32,000 nt of DNA. It comes from an uncultured Alphaproteobacteria bacterium (GTDB lineage Bacteria; Pseudomonadota; Alphaproteobacteria; Rhizobiales; Xanthobacteraceae). Of this stretch, positions 31,028-32,000 are shown one piece after another. A model generated the notes under the pieces. That model worked only from the letters and a program-made list of their open reading frames with translations, was not told where the DNA came from and ran no database searches. The DNA lies in contig CAVYEF010000001.1 of the NCBI GenBank assembly GCA_963767445.1, positions 3,204,869 through 3,236,868 of the forward strand, written 5' to 3'. Within the stretch, counting starts at the first letter, position 1. Each line of letters begins with the position of its first letter. A program made the position numbers and the translations under genes.

Positions 31028-31513
31028 ATGACGCGCAGGCAGCGGCGGTTGACGATGATCGGCGGATCGCTGGCGGTGCTGGCGGTGGCGCTGGCGCTGG
31101 TGCTGAATGCGCTGCGCGATTCCATCGTGTTCTTCTCGACGCCGTCGATGGTGGCCGAGAAGCACATCGTCGCCGGAAAAAGGTTCCGGCTCGGCGGGCT
31201 GGTGGAAAACGGGTCGCTGGTGCGCGGCGACAATCTCGCCGTCAGCTTCAAGGTGTCGGACGGCAGCGCGACCTTGCCGGTGGCCTATAAAGGCATTCTG
31301 CCGGACCTGTTCCGCGAAGGGCAGGGCGTCGTCGCCGAAGGCGCGCTCGATGGCGCCGGGGTGTTCAAGGCCGACACCGTGCTTGCCAAGCACGACGAGA
31401 CCTACATGCCGAAAGACGTCGCCGACGCGCTGAAGAAGCAGGGCCACTGGAAGGACGATTACGACAGGAAGATGCCGGGCGCGTCGCAGGCGAGCCAGGG
31501 AGCCGTAAGATGA
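31028..31513 (+). CDS. ccmE: Cytochrome c heme chaperone CcmE (CycJ)
   Basis: MTRRQRRL....L.NAL.DSIVFF.TPS......[14 protein letters not shown].......V.F.V.D.......[18 protein letters not shown].......F.AD.VLAKHDE.YMP is a textbook CcmE, including the heme-binding His in KHDE. Confidence 0.95.
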   Translation: MTRRQRRLTMIGGSLAVLAVALALVLNALRDSIVFFSTPSMVAEKHIVAGKRFRLGGLVENGSLVRGDNLAVSFKVSDGSATLPVAYKGILPDLFREGQGVVAEGALDGAGVFKADTVLAKHDETYMPKDVADALKKQGHWKDDYDRKMPGASQASQGAVR

Positions 31514-32000
31514 TCGCGGAAGCAGGGCACTATGCGCTGGTGCTGGCGTTGGCGCTGGCGCTGATCCAGTCCACCGTGCCGGTGCTGGGCGCGCGCTGGC
31601 GCGACGGCGCGTTGATGAACGTGGCGCGCTCCACCGCGCTGGCGCAATTGCTGTTCGTGGCGTTGTCGTTCGCGGCGCTGGTGACGCTGCATGTCACCTC
31701 GGATTTCTCCGTGGTCAACGTGTTCGAGAATTCGCATTCCCTGAAACCGCTGATCTACAAGATCACCGGCGTGTGGGGCAATCACGAAGGCTCGATGCTG
31801 CTGTGGGTGACCATTCTCGCGCTGTTCGGCGGCCTCGTCGCCGCTTTCGGCAGCAACCTGCCGCTGTTGCTGCGCGCGCATGTCTTGAGCGTGCAGGCAT
31901 GGATTGCTTCCGCGTTCTATCTGTTCATCCTGGTCACCTCGAATCCGTTTCTGCGCATCGCCAACCCGCCGATCGAGGGCCGCGACCTCAATCCGGTGCT
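31510..32000 (+). CDS. ccmF: Cytochrome c heme lyase subunit CcmF (CycK), 5' partial, continues beyond the window
   Basis: ATGA overlap with ccmE. My manual translation is [14 protein letters not shown]...[39 protein letters not shown], the canonical CcmF N-terminus. It is absent from the ORF track because there is no stop in the window. Confidence 0.95.
   Translation, partial: MIAEAGHYALVLALALALIQSTVPVLGARWRDGALMNVARSTALAQLLFVALSFAALVTLHVTSDFSVVNVFENSHSLKPLIYKITGVWGNHEGSMLLWVTILALFGGLVAAFGSNLPLLLRAHVLSVQAWIASAFYLFILVTSNPFLRIANPPIEGRDLNPV

Overview
High-GC alphaproteobacterial DNA. The repeat families and cycH/J/K-type synteny suggest Bradyrhizobiaceae (Nitrobacteraceae); this is from memory, no search was run. 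All family names below come from reading the translated ORFs.

Positions 362-20293 hold most of an RcGTA-like gene transfer agent (GTA) head-tail cluster on the + strand. It runs g4 prohead protease, g5 HK97-type capsid, g6, g7, g8, g9, g10, g10.1, g11 tape measure, g12, g13, g14, g15, then a DUF2793 fibre-like gene. All structural ORFs look intact.

Three things make the cluster atypical:
1. Two accessory insertions interrupt the head module.
   - One lies between g4 and g5. It carries a secreted beta-helix protein and a small secreted protein, and is bracketed by near-identical direct repeats.
   - The other lies between g5 and g6. It is a two-cassette array resembling polymorphic toxin/immunity modules, plus an antisense trypsin-like protease.
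   - The second cassette is preceded by a degenerate duplicate of the capsid gene 3' end and its REP element. It shares a 150-bp perfectly identical linker with the first toxin gene.
2. Almost every non-overlapping gene junction carries nested palindromic REP/MITE-like elements, 18 in 32 kb. One family sits inside the hairpin of another with 8-bp direct flanking duplications.
3. A lysis/adsorption module follows (21134-24581): a GH19-type endolysin, a small transmembrane (TM) protein, a pectate-lyase-fold protein and a GTA-type 3TM holin.

The right end is ordinary core genome: an OmpR-family response regulator and sensor kinase, a lipoprotein, a hypothetical protein, and ccmI-ccmE-ccmF (partial).
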